Shown here: piece after piece, positions 47,254 to 60,689 of the stretch
How the letters are laid out: the number at the start of each line of letters is the position of its first letter
Numbering within the stretch: the stretch's first letter is position 1
Assembly: GCF_004010195.1 (NCBI RefSeq)
Contig: NC_057719.1
Coordinates: forward strand, 93,263,946-93,327,945
DNA: 64,000 nucleotides
Origin: Chiloscyllium plagiosum
Taxonomy: Eukaryota
Reading direction: 5' to 3'
The notes under the pieces: generated by a model
What the model was told of the DNA's origin: nothing
Databases searched by the model: none
Seen by the model: the letters and a program-made list of their open reading frames with translations, nothing else
Made by a program: the position numbers and the translations under genes

Positions 47254-50200
47254 TGATCTTGATGTATGGTAGTGTGGCTAGTCCTTTGGGTTGCGCCATG
47301 TCCTCGATCTGTTGTCTTTCCCTTAGGCATCCTTTGATGAAATTGCGTGGGTATCCGTTTTTGGTGAATACATTGTATAGGTGTTCTTCTTCCTCTTTTT
47401 GCAGTTCTGGTGCACTGCAGTGTGTTGTGGCCCTTTTGAACAGTGTCTTGATGCAACTTCTTTTGTGTGTGTTTGGGTCATTGCTTTCGTAGTTCAGGAC
47501 TTGGTCTGTGTGTGTGGCTTTCCTATATACCTTTGTGGTGAATTCTCCGTTCGGTGTTCTCTGTACCATCACGTCTAGGAATGGGAGTTGGTTGTCCTTT
47601 TCTTCCTCTCTAGTGAATCAGATACCTGTGAATGTGGCGTTGATGATCCGATGTGTGTTCTTTATTTCTGTGTTTTTAATGATTACAAAGGTATCATCAC
47701 CGTCCTGTTGTCTGTTCTGTATGTCCAGCAGGTTGGCTATTGTTTCTCTGGCTAGGGTTTTGTCGATAGAGGAGAACATGCAGTTACATCGAATGAGACC
47801 ATCGTTTCTTCCTTGTCGATGTATATATTTCTGATGATGTCCAAGAATTCCTGTGTTGTCTGTATAGAGTGTCTGGATCCGCTGATCAGGTGTTTCAGTT
47901 TCTGCTGTAGCTCTTTAGCCAGTTTGAGTGATGGTGTCCCTGATAGTGATACTACTGGTCTGAGTGGGATGTCTGGTTTGTGCACTTTAGATAGTCCATA
48001 GAATCTGGGGGTGTTGTTGATTTCAGGTTTCATTCTTTGTAGTTCAAACCTGGTTATCTGTCCATTTATTGTAGGTTCCTCAGTGTGTTGTTTATCCTAT
48101 TGGTGAGCTGTGGGGTGGGGTCAAACTCCCTATTTTGGTAGGTGTTGGCATCTGCAAGTAGTTGTTGCACTTTTTGTATGTACGCTGCTTTGTCTAGGAT
48201 GACCATCATTCTGCCTTTGTCTGCTGGTCGTATGATTATGTTCTTATCCTATCTTAGTGATTTCAGTGCTTCTCTCTCCTTGGTGTTGAGGTTATGTGTT
48301 TTTCTTTTCCTTGTTATCAGAGGTACGATACTTTGTCTCATTGTTTGTTGTGTCTCTTCTGTCAGTCCATTGTTCCTGAGTGTGCATTATAGTGCTGGTA
48401 GGAAGTCCGCTCCATTGGCATCCCTGTGGTTGTAGTTGAGTCCCTTGGCCAGGATTGTTCTTTCTGTGTCTGTGAGCTGTCTGTGGGAGAGGTTTCTAAC
48501 CCAGGTGTGTGTTGTGGTGTCCTCTCTGTTGTGTGTTAGCGTGGCCATTTTTTCTTTTAGTGCCGTTGTTTTGCGGTGTGGTCCTGTCCTGTCCTATGGT
48601 GACGGCCTGTTCTATGGTCCGGGTCCAATCCTGATTGGTAGTTTTTTAAATTAACGATTTTTGGCGCGCAATTTCTTGTCTGCATTTGTGAAGTCTGTTA
48701 TGAGCGCCTGTAATCATTACCTGGATCATCCTGAAACCGTTCTGTCTGGCTGTGTCCATGGCTTGAGGGTTGTTGACTGGTGGTCCACATCTGACACATG
48801 GTGGAAGGATTCGATTCTTTCGGCATTCGTGCAGGAACTGGAGTTGTTCGTATGTGGCGCTTAGGCGGTTGGAACAGGATTACCATTTCCTGGCTTGTCT
48901 TATCGTCTCTCGGCTGTAGGTGTTCAAAGTTTCTGAGAAGATCTGTAGCTCGGGTGCTCGTTGTTGTGGTTCTGTTCGCCGAGCTGGGAAATTGTGCTGC
49001 AGACCTTTCGTCCCCTATCTAGGTGACATCCTCAGTGCTTGGTAGCCTCCTGTGAAGCGCTTCTGTGATATTTCCTCCGGCATTTATAGTGGTTTGTCTC
49101 TGCCGCTTCTGGTTGTCAGTTCCAGCTGTCCGTTGCAGTGGTCGGTATATTGGGTCCAGGTCGATGTGCTTATGGATTGAATCTGTGGATGAGTGCCATG
49201 CCTCTAGGAATTCCCTGACTGTTCTCGGTTTGGCTTGTCCTATAATAGTAGTGTTGTCCCAGTCGAACTCATGTCACTTGTCATCAGCTGGTCATGTCGT
49301 TTCGTGGCTAGTTGGTGTTCATGGATGCGAATCGTTAGCTGTCTGCCCGTTTGTCCTATGTAGTGTTTTGTGCAGTCCTTGCATGGGATTTTGTACACTA
49401 CATTGGTTTTGCTCATGCTGGGTATCGGTCCTTCGTTCTGGTGAGTTGTTGTCTGAGAGTAACTATTGGTTTGTGTGCTGTTATGAGTCCTAATGGTCGC
49501 AGTAGTCTGGCTGTCAGTTCGGAATGCTCTTAATGTATGGTAGTGTGGCTAGTCCTTTGTGTTGCGCCATGTCCTCGTTCCGTTGTCTTTCCCTTAGGCA
49601 TCTGTTGATGAAATTGCGCGGGTATTTGTTTTTGGCGAATACATTATCTCGGTGTTCTTCTTCCACTTTTTGCAGTTCTGGTGTACTGCAGTGTGTTGTG
49701 GTCCTTTTGAAGAGTGTCTTGATGCAACTTCTTTTGTGTGTGTTGGGGTGGTTGCTTTCGTAGTTCAGGGCTTGGTCTGTGTGTGTGGCTTTCTTGTATA
49801 CCTTTGTGGTGAATTCTCCATTCGGTGTTGTCTGTACCATCATGGCTAGAAATGGGAGTTGGTTGTCCTTTTCTCCCTCTCGAGTAATTCGGATTCGTGT
49901 GAGTGTGGCGTTGATGATCCGGTGTGTGTTCTCTATTTCTGTGTTTTTAATGATTACAAAGGTGTCATCCACATATCTGACCCAGAGGTTGGGTTGAATT
50001 TGCGGTTAGACTGTTTGTTCTAACCTTTGCATTACCGCTTCATGCTATGAGTCCAGAGATGGGTGAGCCCATGGGTGTGCCGTTGATTTGTTCATATATT
50101 TGGTTGTTGAATGTGAAGTGTGTTGTGAGGCACAGGTCCAGTCGTTTGAGTATGCCGTCTTTGTCGATAGGTTCACCGTCCTGTTGTCTGTTCTGTATGT

Positions 50201-52156
50201 CCAGCAGGTTGGCTATTGTTTCTCTGGCTAGGGTTTTGTCGATAGAGGTGAACATGCAGTTACATCGAATGAGACCATCGTTTTTTCCTTGTCGATGTGT
50301 ATATTTCTGATGATGTCCAAGAATTCATGAGTTGACTGTATAGAGTGTCTGGATCCGCTGATCAGGTGTTTCAGTTTCTGTTGTAGTTCTTTAGCCAGTT
50401 TGAGTGATGGTGTCCCTGGTAGTGATACAATTGGTCTGAGTGGGATGTCTGGTTTGTCACTTTAGGTAGTCCATAGAATCTGGGGGTGCTGTTGCTTTCA
50501 GGTTTCTTTCTTTGTAGGTCAAACCTGGTTATCTGTCCGTTTTTTTTAGGTTCCTCAGTGTGTTGTTTACCCTATTGGTGAGCTGTGGGGTGGGTTCCAA
50601 CTCCCTACCAAAAGAGGTTCCTCAGTGTGTTGTTTATCCTATTGGTGAGCTGTGGGGTGGGGTCAAACGCCCTACAAAAAGAGGGACGCCATCCCACTGC
50701 TCACCAATAGGATAAACAACACACTGAGAATCGTACAAAAAAAAAGGACAGGTAACCAGGTTTGAACTACAAAGAATGAAACCTGAAAGCAACAACACCC
50801 CCAGACACTCTATACAGTCAACACAGGAATTCTTGGATATCACCAGAAATATGCACATAGACAAGGAAGAAACGATGGTCTCATTCGATGTAACTGCAGT
50901 GTTCAACTCCATCGACATAACCCTAGCCAGAGAAACAATAGCCAACCTGCTGGACATACAGAACAGACAACAGGACGGTGAACCTATCAACAAAGACGGC
51001 ATACACAAACTACTGGACCTGTGCCTCACAACACATTTCACATTCAACAACCAAATATATGAACAAATCAACGGCACACACATGGACTCACCCATCTCTG
51101 GACTCATAGCAGAAGCAGTAAAGCAAAGGTTAGAACAAACAGTCTTACCGCTAATTGAAACCAAATTCTGGGTCAGATATGTGGATGACACCTTTGTAAT
51201 CATTAAAAACACAGAAATAGAGAACACACACCGGATCATCAACGCCACACTCACAGATATCCGAATTACTCGAGAGGAAGAAAAATACAACCAACTCCCA
51301 TTCCTGGACGTGATGGCACAGACAACACCGAATGGAGAATTCACCACAAAGGTATACAGGAAAGCCACACACACAGACCAAGTCCTGAACTACGAAAGCA
51401 ATGACCCAAACACACACAAAAGAAGTTGCATCAAGACACTGTTCAAAAGGACCACAACACACTTCAGTACACCAGAACTGCAAAAAGTGGAAGAAGAACA
51501 CCTATACAATGTATTCGCCATAACGGATGCCTGCACAATTTCATCAAAGAATGCCTAAGGGAAAGGCAACGGAACGAGGACATGGCGCAACCCAAAGGAC
51601 TAGCCACATTACCATACATCAAGAGCATTCCGAACTGACAGCCAGACTACTGCGACCATTAGCACTCATAACAGCACACAAACCAGCAGCCACTCTCAGA
51701 CAACAACTCACCAGAACGAAGGACCTGATTCCCAGCGTGAGCAAAACCAATTTAGTGTACAAGATCCCATGCAAGGACTGCACAAAACACTACACAGGAC
51801 AAACGGGCAGACAGCTAACGATTCGCATCCATGAACACCAACTAGCCACGAAACGACACGACCAGCAGATGACAAGTGACATGAGTTCGACTGGGACAAC
51901 ACTACTATTATAGGACAAGCCAAACCGAGAACAGTCAGGGAATTCCTAGAGGCATGGCACTCATCCACAGATTCAATCAATAAGCACAAATTGAAGGGCT
52001 TATGCCCGAAACGTCGATTCTCCTGTTCCCTGGATGCTGTCTGACCTGCTGCGCTGTTCCAGCAACACATTTTCAGCTCCAACACAAATTCCCAGCTCGG
52101 CAAACAGAACCACAACAACAAGCACCCGAGCTACAAATCTTCTCACAAACTTTGAA
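47254..52156. mobile_element. Complex Penelope/Poseidon-like insertion: partial tandem on minus (47254-50680) plus inverted copy on plus (50690-52156)
   Basis: PLE RT motifs (PADKG, FYGL.KVHKP, SFDVT, GTPMGSP, RYVDDT, LPFLD, YRK.THT), GIY-YIG (VYKIPC..C...Y.GQT), pLTR at 48924-49170, TSD gtgaaaaaa at 47244-47252 / 52158-52166. Confidence 0.95.
48999..49038 (-). ncRNA. Hammerhead ribozyme in the PLE pLTR
   Basis: gca-CTGAGGA-t-gtcacc-tagata-ggggac-GAAA-g-GTC-tgc; stem I gca/tgc; one substitution breaks the ACGT palindrome. Confidence 0.7.
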
Positions 52157-53362
52157 CGTGAAAAAACACATTGATGAAGGTAGCCCAGTCGAGGTAGTGA
52201 ACAAGAATTTTAGATAGGTTATTGATAAGGTTCCCCATTGTAGGCTCATTCAGAAGCTAAGGAGGCATGGGAAGCAGGAAAACGTGACTGTCTGAATATG
52301 GCCTTGTCTGGCCCATTGAAGACAGAGCGTGGTATCACATGAAAAATATTCAGCCTGGAGCTCAGTGACCAATGGTGTTCCACAGGCATCGGCTCTGGGA
52401 CCTGTGCTCTTTATGATTTTATAAATGACTTTGCTGAGGAAATGGTGGGTGAGTACGTTTGCCGATCACACGAAGTTTGGTGGAGTTGTGTGTATAGTGT
52501 CGAGGGCTATTGTAGGTTGCATTGGGACATTGTCAGGATGCAGAACTGATCTGAGAAGTAGCAAATAGACATCAAACTTAAAACGTGAGAAGTGATTTGT
52601 TTTGGAAGGTTGCATTTGCATACAGAATACAGGGTTAAAGGCAGAATTCTTGATAATTTGGTGGAACACAGGGATCTTGGGACCCGTGTCCATAGATCCC
52701 TCAAAGTTACCAACCAAGCAGGTAAGGTTGTTAAGAAGGCTAATGATGTGTTGGCTTTCATTATCTGGGCGATTGAGTTGAGGAGCAGTGAGGTTAATGC
52801 TAAGCTCCATAAATCTGTGGTTCAACCACACTTGGAATATTGTGTTGAGTTCTGGTTGGTTCCTTATAAGAAGCATGTGGAAGCCTCAGAGAGTGTGCAG
52901 AGCAGATTTAACAGGATGCTGCCAGTACTGGAGGACATGTCTTGGGAAGACGGTTTGAGGGAGCAAGGGCTTTTCTCGCTGGAGCGAAGAATAATGACAG
53001 CTGACTTGATAGAAGTGTGCAAGATGTTGAGAGACAAATATTGGATAGCCAGTCTTTTCAACAAGGGATATATTTTAAGGTGATTGGAGGAAGGGTTCGG
53101 GGAGATGTCAGTGATAGGTTCTTTACACAGAGTGTGTTGGCTTGGAATGCACTGCCAGCGGTGGTGGTAGTGTCAGATACATTAGGGGTAATTAAGAAGA
53201 CTCTTGGATCAGCACGTGGAAGTTAGTGCATTGAAGGTTATGTAGGTTAGTCTGATATTAGAATAGGATAAAAGGCCGGCAAAACATTGAGGGCTGAAGG
53301 GCTCTTAGTGTGCTGTACTGTTCTATGTTCTAGGTTTCACTCAGCTTGTGAATTCTCATCAG

Positions 53363-53533
53363 TGGTTGAATGTGTGAGGGAGTGAGGTGTGTGAGGGAGT
53401 GAGGTGTGTGAGGGAGTGAGTTGTGTGAGGGAGTAAGTTGAGTGAGGTGTGTGAGAGAGTGAGGTGAGTGAGGGAGTGATGTGAGTGAGGTATGTGAGGG
53501 AGTGAGGTGTGTGAGAGAGTGAGGTGTGTGAGG
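53363..53533. repeat. 17-bp minisatellite (gtgagggagtgaggtgt)n, about 10 units
   Basis: Directly visible. Confidence 0.95.
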
Positions 53534-53534
53534 T

Positions 53535-54640
53535 CAGGAAGCTGGGGAGGGGCGTTAGGCCAAGACTTCCAGTTATGATGTGCATGGTTACCGTCACCTG
53601 AGTGCCAGCACAATATGTGTGGTTACCTCGACCAGACAACATCCATCAAGTTCAGTTATTAACATGATTCTTGGCTTGTCGTTAGCTCCTGGTTTCTTCA
53701 GATACATTATGTTGGGTGATCCATATATGAATATCTGAGCATCCACAGACGTGTATAATTTTATTTTGATATTGGTGAAAGTGAAGGTACATTTATTGGA
53801 TATAATTTCGGAGGATTCACTGTAAGACACAAGATGCTGCAGAAGACTGTCAATTGTGAACATTTACATCCAGTGTCTTGTCCAGGAGCAGAAGTATGGT
53901 TTATGGGGGACCTGCCAGTTGTCAGCACTTGTACAACACGATGTGATTCGGATATTCCATGCCCATACAATTGCTCTCTGGGTCAGACTCTGACTGAAGT
54001 TGAATTTGTAAGAAATGGCTCCTGGTCAATCATTGGTAGCTAATTTAGACATCATTTATACCTACACTGAGAGCAGTGATAGTCTGTTGGCCTAGTTCCC
54101 TCCTGCCCAAAGTGGATTCTACATGATTCTCTGTGAGGGAACTTATGAATGACTGCCCTGACCGAGGTTCGAAACTGTCTTGACGGATTCAGGGGCAGGA
54201 CAGTGTCTCACTCAGTGCCACAGGCAGCTGTGAGGTCCAGTAGCACGGCGCCTGAATTCAGGCCTTTTGGATTCCATTTTGAATGTCAGTCATGATGCAA
54301 CGTGGTGGGTTTACTAACCTAAACAATGATCAGGTGTTTGCCATGTCTGTAAATTGGGCAATAATAAGGTATGAGCTACTATTGTTCAACTGAACAATAA
54401 CTGCATCAACTCTGCAAACAAGTATGTTGATTCGATATTGATGGAACTAAAATATAAACGCTTAACAATATTTTATGATACAACAGTTAAGAATGCACGT
54501 TTTGTATTGTCCCGAAAACGAACATGTCTGAATATTCTGGTGATTACACACTGAAAGTCAGTATTGAAATGCATACATTGTCGCGCTATCATTTGCAAAG
54601 TGGTTGACCTCGGACGGATTGAATAGTCAGAGTGAGCAAA
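53535..54640 (-). mobile_element. Very old Vingi/Ingi-like LINE RT fragment
   Basis: TDIQNGIQK..SGAVLLDLTAA, post-YADD-like KCTFTFTN..L...P..YL, and VWSR.PH...TQV..TMHIITG.L..TP. Confidence 0.6.
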
Positions 54641-54739
54641 CAATTGAACAATCAAATAGAATTATCATTCTGATACATTTAAATATAATCAATCGATTTA
54701 ATTTCTCACTGAAATGTTCGACCTTCAGCTATTTGCCAG

Positions 54740-56920
54740 CAATTCTATTACTTTTAAAATAGGGATGGAAAAGGATAGACCAGATCTAAAATTTGAAGTT
54801 CTAAATTGGAGAAAGGCCAATTTTGATTATATTAGGCAAGAACTTTCAAAAGCTGACTGGGGGCAGATGGTCGCAGATAAAGGGACAGCTGGAAAGTGGG
54901 AAGTGTTCAGAAATTAGGTAACGAGAGGCCAGAGACAGTATATTCCTGTTAGGGTGAAAGGAAAGGCTGGTAGGTATCGGGAATGCTGGATGACTAAATA
55001 AATTAATCCTTAGAAGAGTATAAAGGAAGTAGGAGTAAGAGGAAATCAGGAGTGCAAAAATGGGACACGAGATAGCTTTGGCAAATAGAATTACGGAGAA
55101 TCCAAAGGGTTTTTACAAATATATTAAGGACAAAAGGGTAACTAGGGAGAGAATAGGGCCCCTCAAACATCAGTAAGGTGGCCTTTGTGGTGAGCCACAG
55201 AAAATGGAAGAGATACTAAATGAATATTTTGCATCAGCATTTACTGTGGAAAAGGATATGGAAGATATGGACTGTCGGGAAATAGATGGTGACATCTTCA
55301 AAGTATCCATATTACAGAGGAGGAAGTGCTGGATGTCTTGAAAAGGTTAAAGGTGGATAAATACCCGGGACCTGATCAGATGTACCCAAGAACTCGTTGG
55401 GAAGCTAGAGAATTGATTGGTGGGCCTCTTGCTGAGATATTGGTATCATCGATAGTCACAGGTGAGGTGCCGGAAGACTGGAAGATGGCAAACGTGGTGC
55501 CACTGTTTAAGAAATGTTGTAAAGACAAGCCATGGAACTATAGACCGGTGAGCTTGAACTCAGTGGTGGGCAAGTTGTTGGACGGAATCCTGAGGGACAG
55601 GATGTATATGTATTTGGAAATGCAAGGACTGATTACAGAAAGTCAACATGGCTTTGTGCATGGGAAATCATGTCTCACAAACTTGATTGAGATTTTTGAA
55701 GAAGTAACAAAGAAGATTGAGGGCAGAACAGGAGATGTGATCTATACAGACTTCAGTACAGCGTTCGACAAGGTTCCCCATGGGAGACGGATTAGCAAGT
55801 TTAGATCTCATGGAATACAGGGTGAACTAGCCATTTGGATACAGAACTGGCTCAAAGATAGAAGACACAGGGTTGTGTTGGAGGGTTGTTTTTTCAGATT
55901 GGAGGCCTGTGACCAGTGAAGTGCCACAAGGATCAGTGCTGGGTTATCTACTTTTCATCATTTACATAAATGATTTGGATGCGAGTATAAGTGGTACAGT
56001 TAGCAAGTTGCAGATGACAACAAAATTGGAGGTGTGGTGGACATCGAAGAAGATTACCTCAGATTACAACAGGATCTAGACCAGATGGGTCAATGGGCTA
56101 AGAAGAGGCAGATGGAGCGTAATTCAGATAAATGCGACATGCTGCGTTTTGAGAAAGCAAATCTTGGCAGGACTTATACACTTAATGGTAAGGTCCGAGG
56201 GAGTTTTGCTGAACAAAGAGATCTTGCAGTGCAGGTTCATAGCTCCTTAAATGTGGAGTCGCAGGTTGAAAGGACAGTTTAGTTTGCTTTCCTGTATTGT
56301 TCGGAGTACTGAGTACAGGAGTTGGGAGGTCATGTTACGGCTGTACAGGCTGTACATCATGTTAGGCAACTCTTGGAATATTGCGTTCAATTCTGGTCTC
56401 CTTCCTATCGGAAATATATTGTGAAACTTGAAAGGGTTCAGAAAAGGTTTACAAGGATGTTGCCAGGGTTGGAGCATTTGAGCTATAGGGAGAGGCTGAA
56501 CAGACTTGGGCTGTTTTCCCTGGAGCGTCGGAGGCTGAGGGGTGACCTTACAGAGGTTTACATGATTATGAAGGGCATTGATGGGATAAATAGGCAAAGT
56601 CTTTTCCCTGGGGTCGGTGAGTCCAGAACTAGAGAGCATAGGTTTAGCGTGAAAGGAGAAAGATACAAAAGAGACCGAAGGGGCAACCTTTCCACGCAGA
56701 GGGTGGTACGTGTATGGAATGAGCTACCAGAGGATGTGGTTGAAACTGGTACAAATGCAACATTGAAGAGGCATTTGGATGGGTATATGAATAGGAATGG
56801 TTTGGAGGGATATGGGCCGAATGCTGGCAGGTGGGACTAAATTGGGTTGGGATATCTGGTCGGCATGGACAAGTTGTACCGAAGGGTCTGTTTCCATGCT
56901 GTACATCTCTATGACCCTAT
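54740..56920 (+). mobile_element. Least decayed CR1 copy (late APE to 3' tail)
   Basis: Long frames 55326-55919 (PGPD, VPEDW, NYRPVSL, SQHGF, AFDKVPH) and 56322-56840. Confidence 0.96.
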
Positions 56921-56924
56921 GAAG

Positions 56925-59900
56925 TCTAAGAAATGCCCTGTACAGTTGCAGTAAGACACCCTTAATACTGTACTCAAATCCACTTGAAATGAAAGTCAAA
57001 ATATCAGTTATCTTCCTCACTGCTTTCTGGTCCTGCAACATTGCCTTCAGTGACTAGTGTACAAGGAGATACGATCCTTTTCAACATTACAACTGTCCAC
57101 TTGGTGGGTCAATGTACACGGGTCATCGTGCCAATGCTATTCAAGTATTGACTTCTGGCTTCAGAACTCGCGGACCTGTGTGAATCTCGGAGATCAGAGC
57201 AGAAGAAAACAAAAGAAAACTGCATAATTCCCTTAACAGATAATTTTTTTGATCTATTCTCTTTTCAAATGCGAAGCTGCCGTTGTACTTTTCTGAAAAT
57301 AGTGAACAGCGTCACATTTATGTGCATTTGTCCTCATCTACTGCGTGTTTGCCCAATCACTCCATTTGTCTTGATCACTTTCCATTTTTTTTTATCAGAA
57401 TCAAACATCATTTGGCACCGTCAGCAGACTTTGAAAAACTGCATTTGATTTCTTGTACCAAATGTTTGATACATTTTTTGAATAACTGGTGCCCAAGCTA
57501 CGAGCTGTGCAGCACCCCACGAGCATTCCACTCCACAACAATACCTTTTATTTCGGTGCTTTTGGTCGTGACTGATGGCGAAATGAGGCTCCAACGTCAT
57601 TTCGGTGTTTTCTCCACCCTTCTTTTTTTAAAATTACTTCTGCTGAGCTTGGACCTTTCTGAAAATCCAAATGAAATGCATCCATTCCTTTTCCATAATT
57701 TATCTACTCAAGTCGGTTTCTCAAATATGATTCCCACATTTCACAAATCTATGTTGATTTTTTTTACTCTTCCCATTCCTTTCAATCCCAATAATTTCTC
57801 CAATATCGTTATTTGTTAGTTTCATAATATTACATTTTCTCTTAACAGACTTAGACTTCATCGCATTTTTGGAAAGATTTATTACTTTCGGTTTTGTTGT
57901 TTTCTGTGACGACAGTGCTGAAACAGTTGCTTCATCGTTGTGCAACATCACTGTTCTCTGGTTTCAGACTAGTAAGTAAATGCACTCGTTTTCAGTTAAC
58001 TTGCTCATTGACATAGTCTTACGAAGCTGTCACAGTTTACTCTTATAAAACCTGTTTAAATACCCTTGAAAAACCTTTCAATTCCTGTCATAAGGTGCTC
58101 ATGTTTGACCTGCCACAACCATACCATCACAGAAGCAAGGATTCTGTACCTTCAGAAATAGACCACGATCTATATTAATCCAAATTTCCTACACCAGACT
58201 CCTAGCCGTGAATGCTATGATATTTCACACCCTCATCCAATTACTTTTTAATGTGTGGTTGTCATAATAACTCCTCTCTAAAGAAGATGATTCCAGATCC
58301 GAACACCCTCTGGTGAAAACACAATCTTGAAATCCCCTTTTAACCTCAATACATTCACTTTAAAATACGTTCTCTTGCTCTTTACAATTTGATTAAAAGC
58401 AACGATTGCTGTGTATCCGTCCTCATAATCTCTAGCTTCTGAACAACGTCCCCCGTAGCCTTCTCTACTCCAGAGCAGGCAGCCCGAGCTCATCCAGCCT
58501 CTCTTCATATTTGATATGCTCCATCTCAGGGAGCATCCTGGTGTATCTCCTCTTTATTCCTTTCTTTACAATCACAGCTTTCCTGTAATGTCGCACTCAG
58601 AACTGCACACGGTATTCCATCTTGGTCTAATCAAAAACCTCCGTAGCTCTTATAATCTATGTCACAATCAATTAACGGTTATGTAATCTTAAGGTCCCCT
58701 TTGCTTTCTGAACGAGCCTATTGCTCTATCTATTCACGTTCTGGGATTTGGTGTTCAGCACCCTCTGAGATTCCTCATGTGTTGCCATTCATTGAGTACA
58801 CCTTGACTGGTTCCTTCTTCAAACGACCTCAGATTTATCAGTGTTAATTATACCCTGCCATTGATCTGTCCATATATACCTTCCTGCAACATAATATCTT
58901 CATCATTGCTGCCAACCACGAGGGCAAACTTTTTGCCAAACACAAACCCTCCCACCTCTACATTTGGATCCGCAATATTGATGAGTACCACAAATTATAA
59001 GGGACACAGACTAGATTGAGGTCTCCAGTCACAAAAACAGCCTTCTACCACCACTCTGTCTCCTGCTATCAAAACAATTTTGAATGCAAATTGCCAAGTT
59101 ACTCTTGATCCCATGAGATTTTAATTTCTTTATTAATTTCCCATGCGTGGTTTTGTCAAAGGCCTCGTTGAAAGATCATATAACTGACCCCCCCCCCCCC
59201 CCCTCCCCCCGAAAAAAAGTCAATGGAACTTGCTTAGCATAATTTTCTTCTGGTCATCATGCCAATTCTTCCTGACCAAAAATTGCCTCTACATTCCTCT
59301 GTCTTCCTTCCCTATTATCTCCAATAATTTCCCTAACACTGAACTGATAGGCACGTGTCTATAGTTACCTTGCCTACATTAACACCCTTTCGGTACAGAG
59401 AAACCACATTGGCTGTCCCCAGTCCTCTGGAACTGCACTGTGGCCAGATTTTACTTTTTAAAAATTGGTTATGTATTTCCTTTCTTGTCTCCAACAGCAG
59501 ACTAAAATATTTGTTTCCCAGTCGAGGGGATTTGTACAATTTTATCCCAGCCAGAACCATCATTCTCCTCTCGCATCTTAAGTAAATCAGCTCGAGAGCT
59601 TCACAGATAAATTTCTCCTCCTTTTCCTAAGTAATACATATCACGATCTAGCAATGTTCTCCAGCTTCACAGACAGATTACCCCTTTCTTTCGAATGGGT
59701 GCTAATTGTGCTCTGGTTATTCCGTTCTTCTTGATGTACTTGCAGAATAATTTGGGATTCTTCCTAATCGAACCTTCAAGCATTTCTCCATGCCCGTGTT
59801 AGTTAATCCCCTCGATATGACTTTTCTGAATTTCACTCCAATTACCTCTTATTCTTTGCAACTCTCGAGAACACAGACAGGGTTTTGCCACCAGACAATC

Positions 59901-60080
59901 GTGCCATCATAAGATTCATTTAGAGGATATCCGTTTCCCCTTCCTCTGTTGTTAGTATGTTAGATTTCTTGACGGAGACACCAAAAGTGCACACAGTACT
60001 CCAGGTATAGACCCACTGACACTACGCAACTGGTCCAGGATGTCTTTGTTTCTGCATTCCGATTACCTTAAATGAAGGTA
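56925..60080 (-). mobile_element. Decayed CR1 fragments
   Basis: ORFs 56724-57041, 57721-57951, 58278-58508 and 59333-59563 carry CR1 RT or C-terminal motifs. Confidence 0.75.
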
Positions 60081-60175
60081 ATGTCAACTTATACGTTTTG
60101 GTTTAAACATATTCTTCCCAATACCATTCGCTTTAATTTCATTTAGTAACTACATGAGTACTTTAAAATGTCCAT

Positions 60176-60520
60176 ATCTTCAGGTCTCCCTGAGTGACTG
60201 AGGCAGCTAGATGCACAATCTGAAAGAAACGATCCATAGCACCTCCAGAATCTTTCAATGAGAGGAGTCAGTCAGAGTCCCCTTAGCCACAATTTAAGGG
60301 TCTGGTCCTTTACAATAATTTTAGTGAGACATATTCGTGTTACTGACCACACACAGTCCTCTGAGAGGCACAAATGCAAGTGCTCAATGGAGAGGCATAA
60401 ACCAAGTTTCAAAGGCGTGACTCAAAGATGCTCAACACCCCTCCCCCAACGTCAAATAGAGAGCACCACATGGGATACACAGGTGAGTGAGCAACAGCCC
60501 AGCACACGCAATTCATTGTT
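60176..60520 (-). pseudogene. Truncated paralog of the 1951-2620 module (upstream region, acceptor, V start)
   Basis: Shared blocks atcttcaggtctccctga, ggagtcagtcaga, caagtttcaa, gagcaccacatggg, aacagccc; acceptor tttctttcag then AASVTQGDLKI. Confidence 0.55.
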
Positions 60521-60689
60521 TCATAATGCCAGTACTCGATGCATTTTGAAGTCTATATAAAGCAAGGGAATGATGCAGAGTGACTGAACGATTGATATTA
60601 AAGATAGAAACAAGGATAGATAAAATGGGATGGAAGAAGAATCCAGCAAAGACAGATGTTCAGACAATGCTGGAAGAGCTCAGGCAGTA

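Larger units (their letters stand above)
46810..53335 (+). mobile_element. CR1 split by a 4.9-kb Penelope array
   Basis: SCLTNIIEFFE ends at about 47243 and resumes as VKKHIDEG at 52158; runs to a (tgttcta) tail. Confidence 0.92.

Noticed and set aside
50634..51374. 246-aa minus-strand ORF as a novel gene
   Set aside because: Antisense shadow of the PLE RT, whose codon bias leaves the opposite strand open.
53583..53900. J-like YCAGTQVTVT with upstream CTF...YLKKPG suggesting an IgNAR-type VJ exon
   Set aside because: The context (GAVLLDLTAA upstream, TMHIITG.L..TP downstream) is better explained as a Vingi/Ingi-like RT C-terminus.
54265..54640. V-like FQC and TLLLPNLQT...C motifs
   Set aside because: They lie collinearly in the RT N-terminal region leading into GAVLLDL of the same LINE.
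57100..57195. Possible V start after an acceptor-like tract
   Set aside because: Only weak A/B-strand similarity before LINE truncation.
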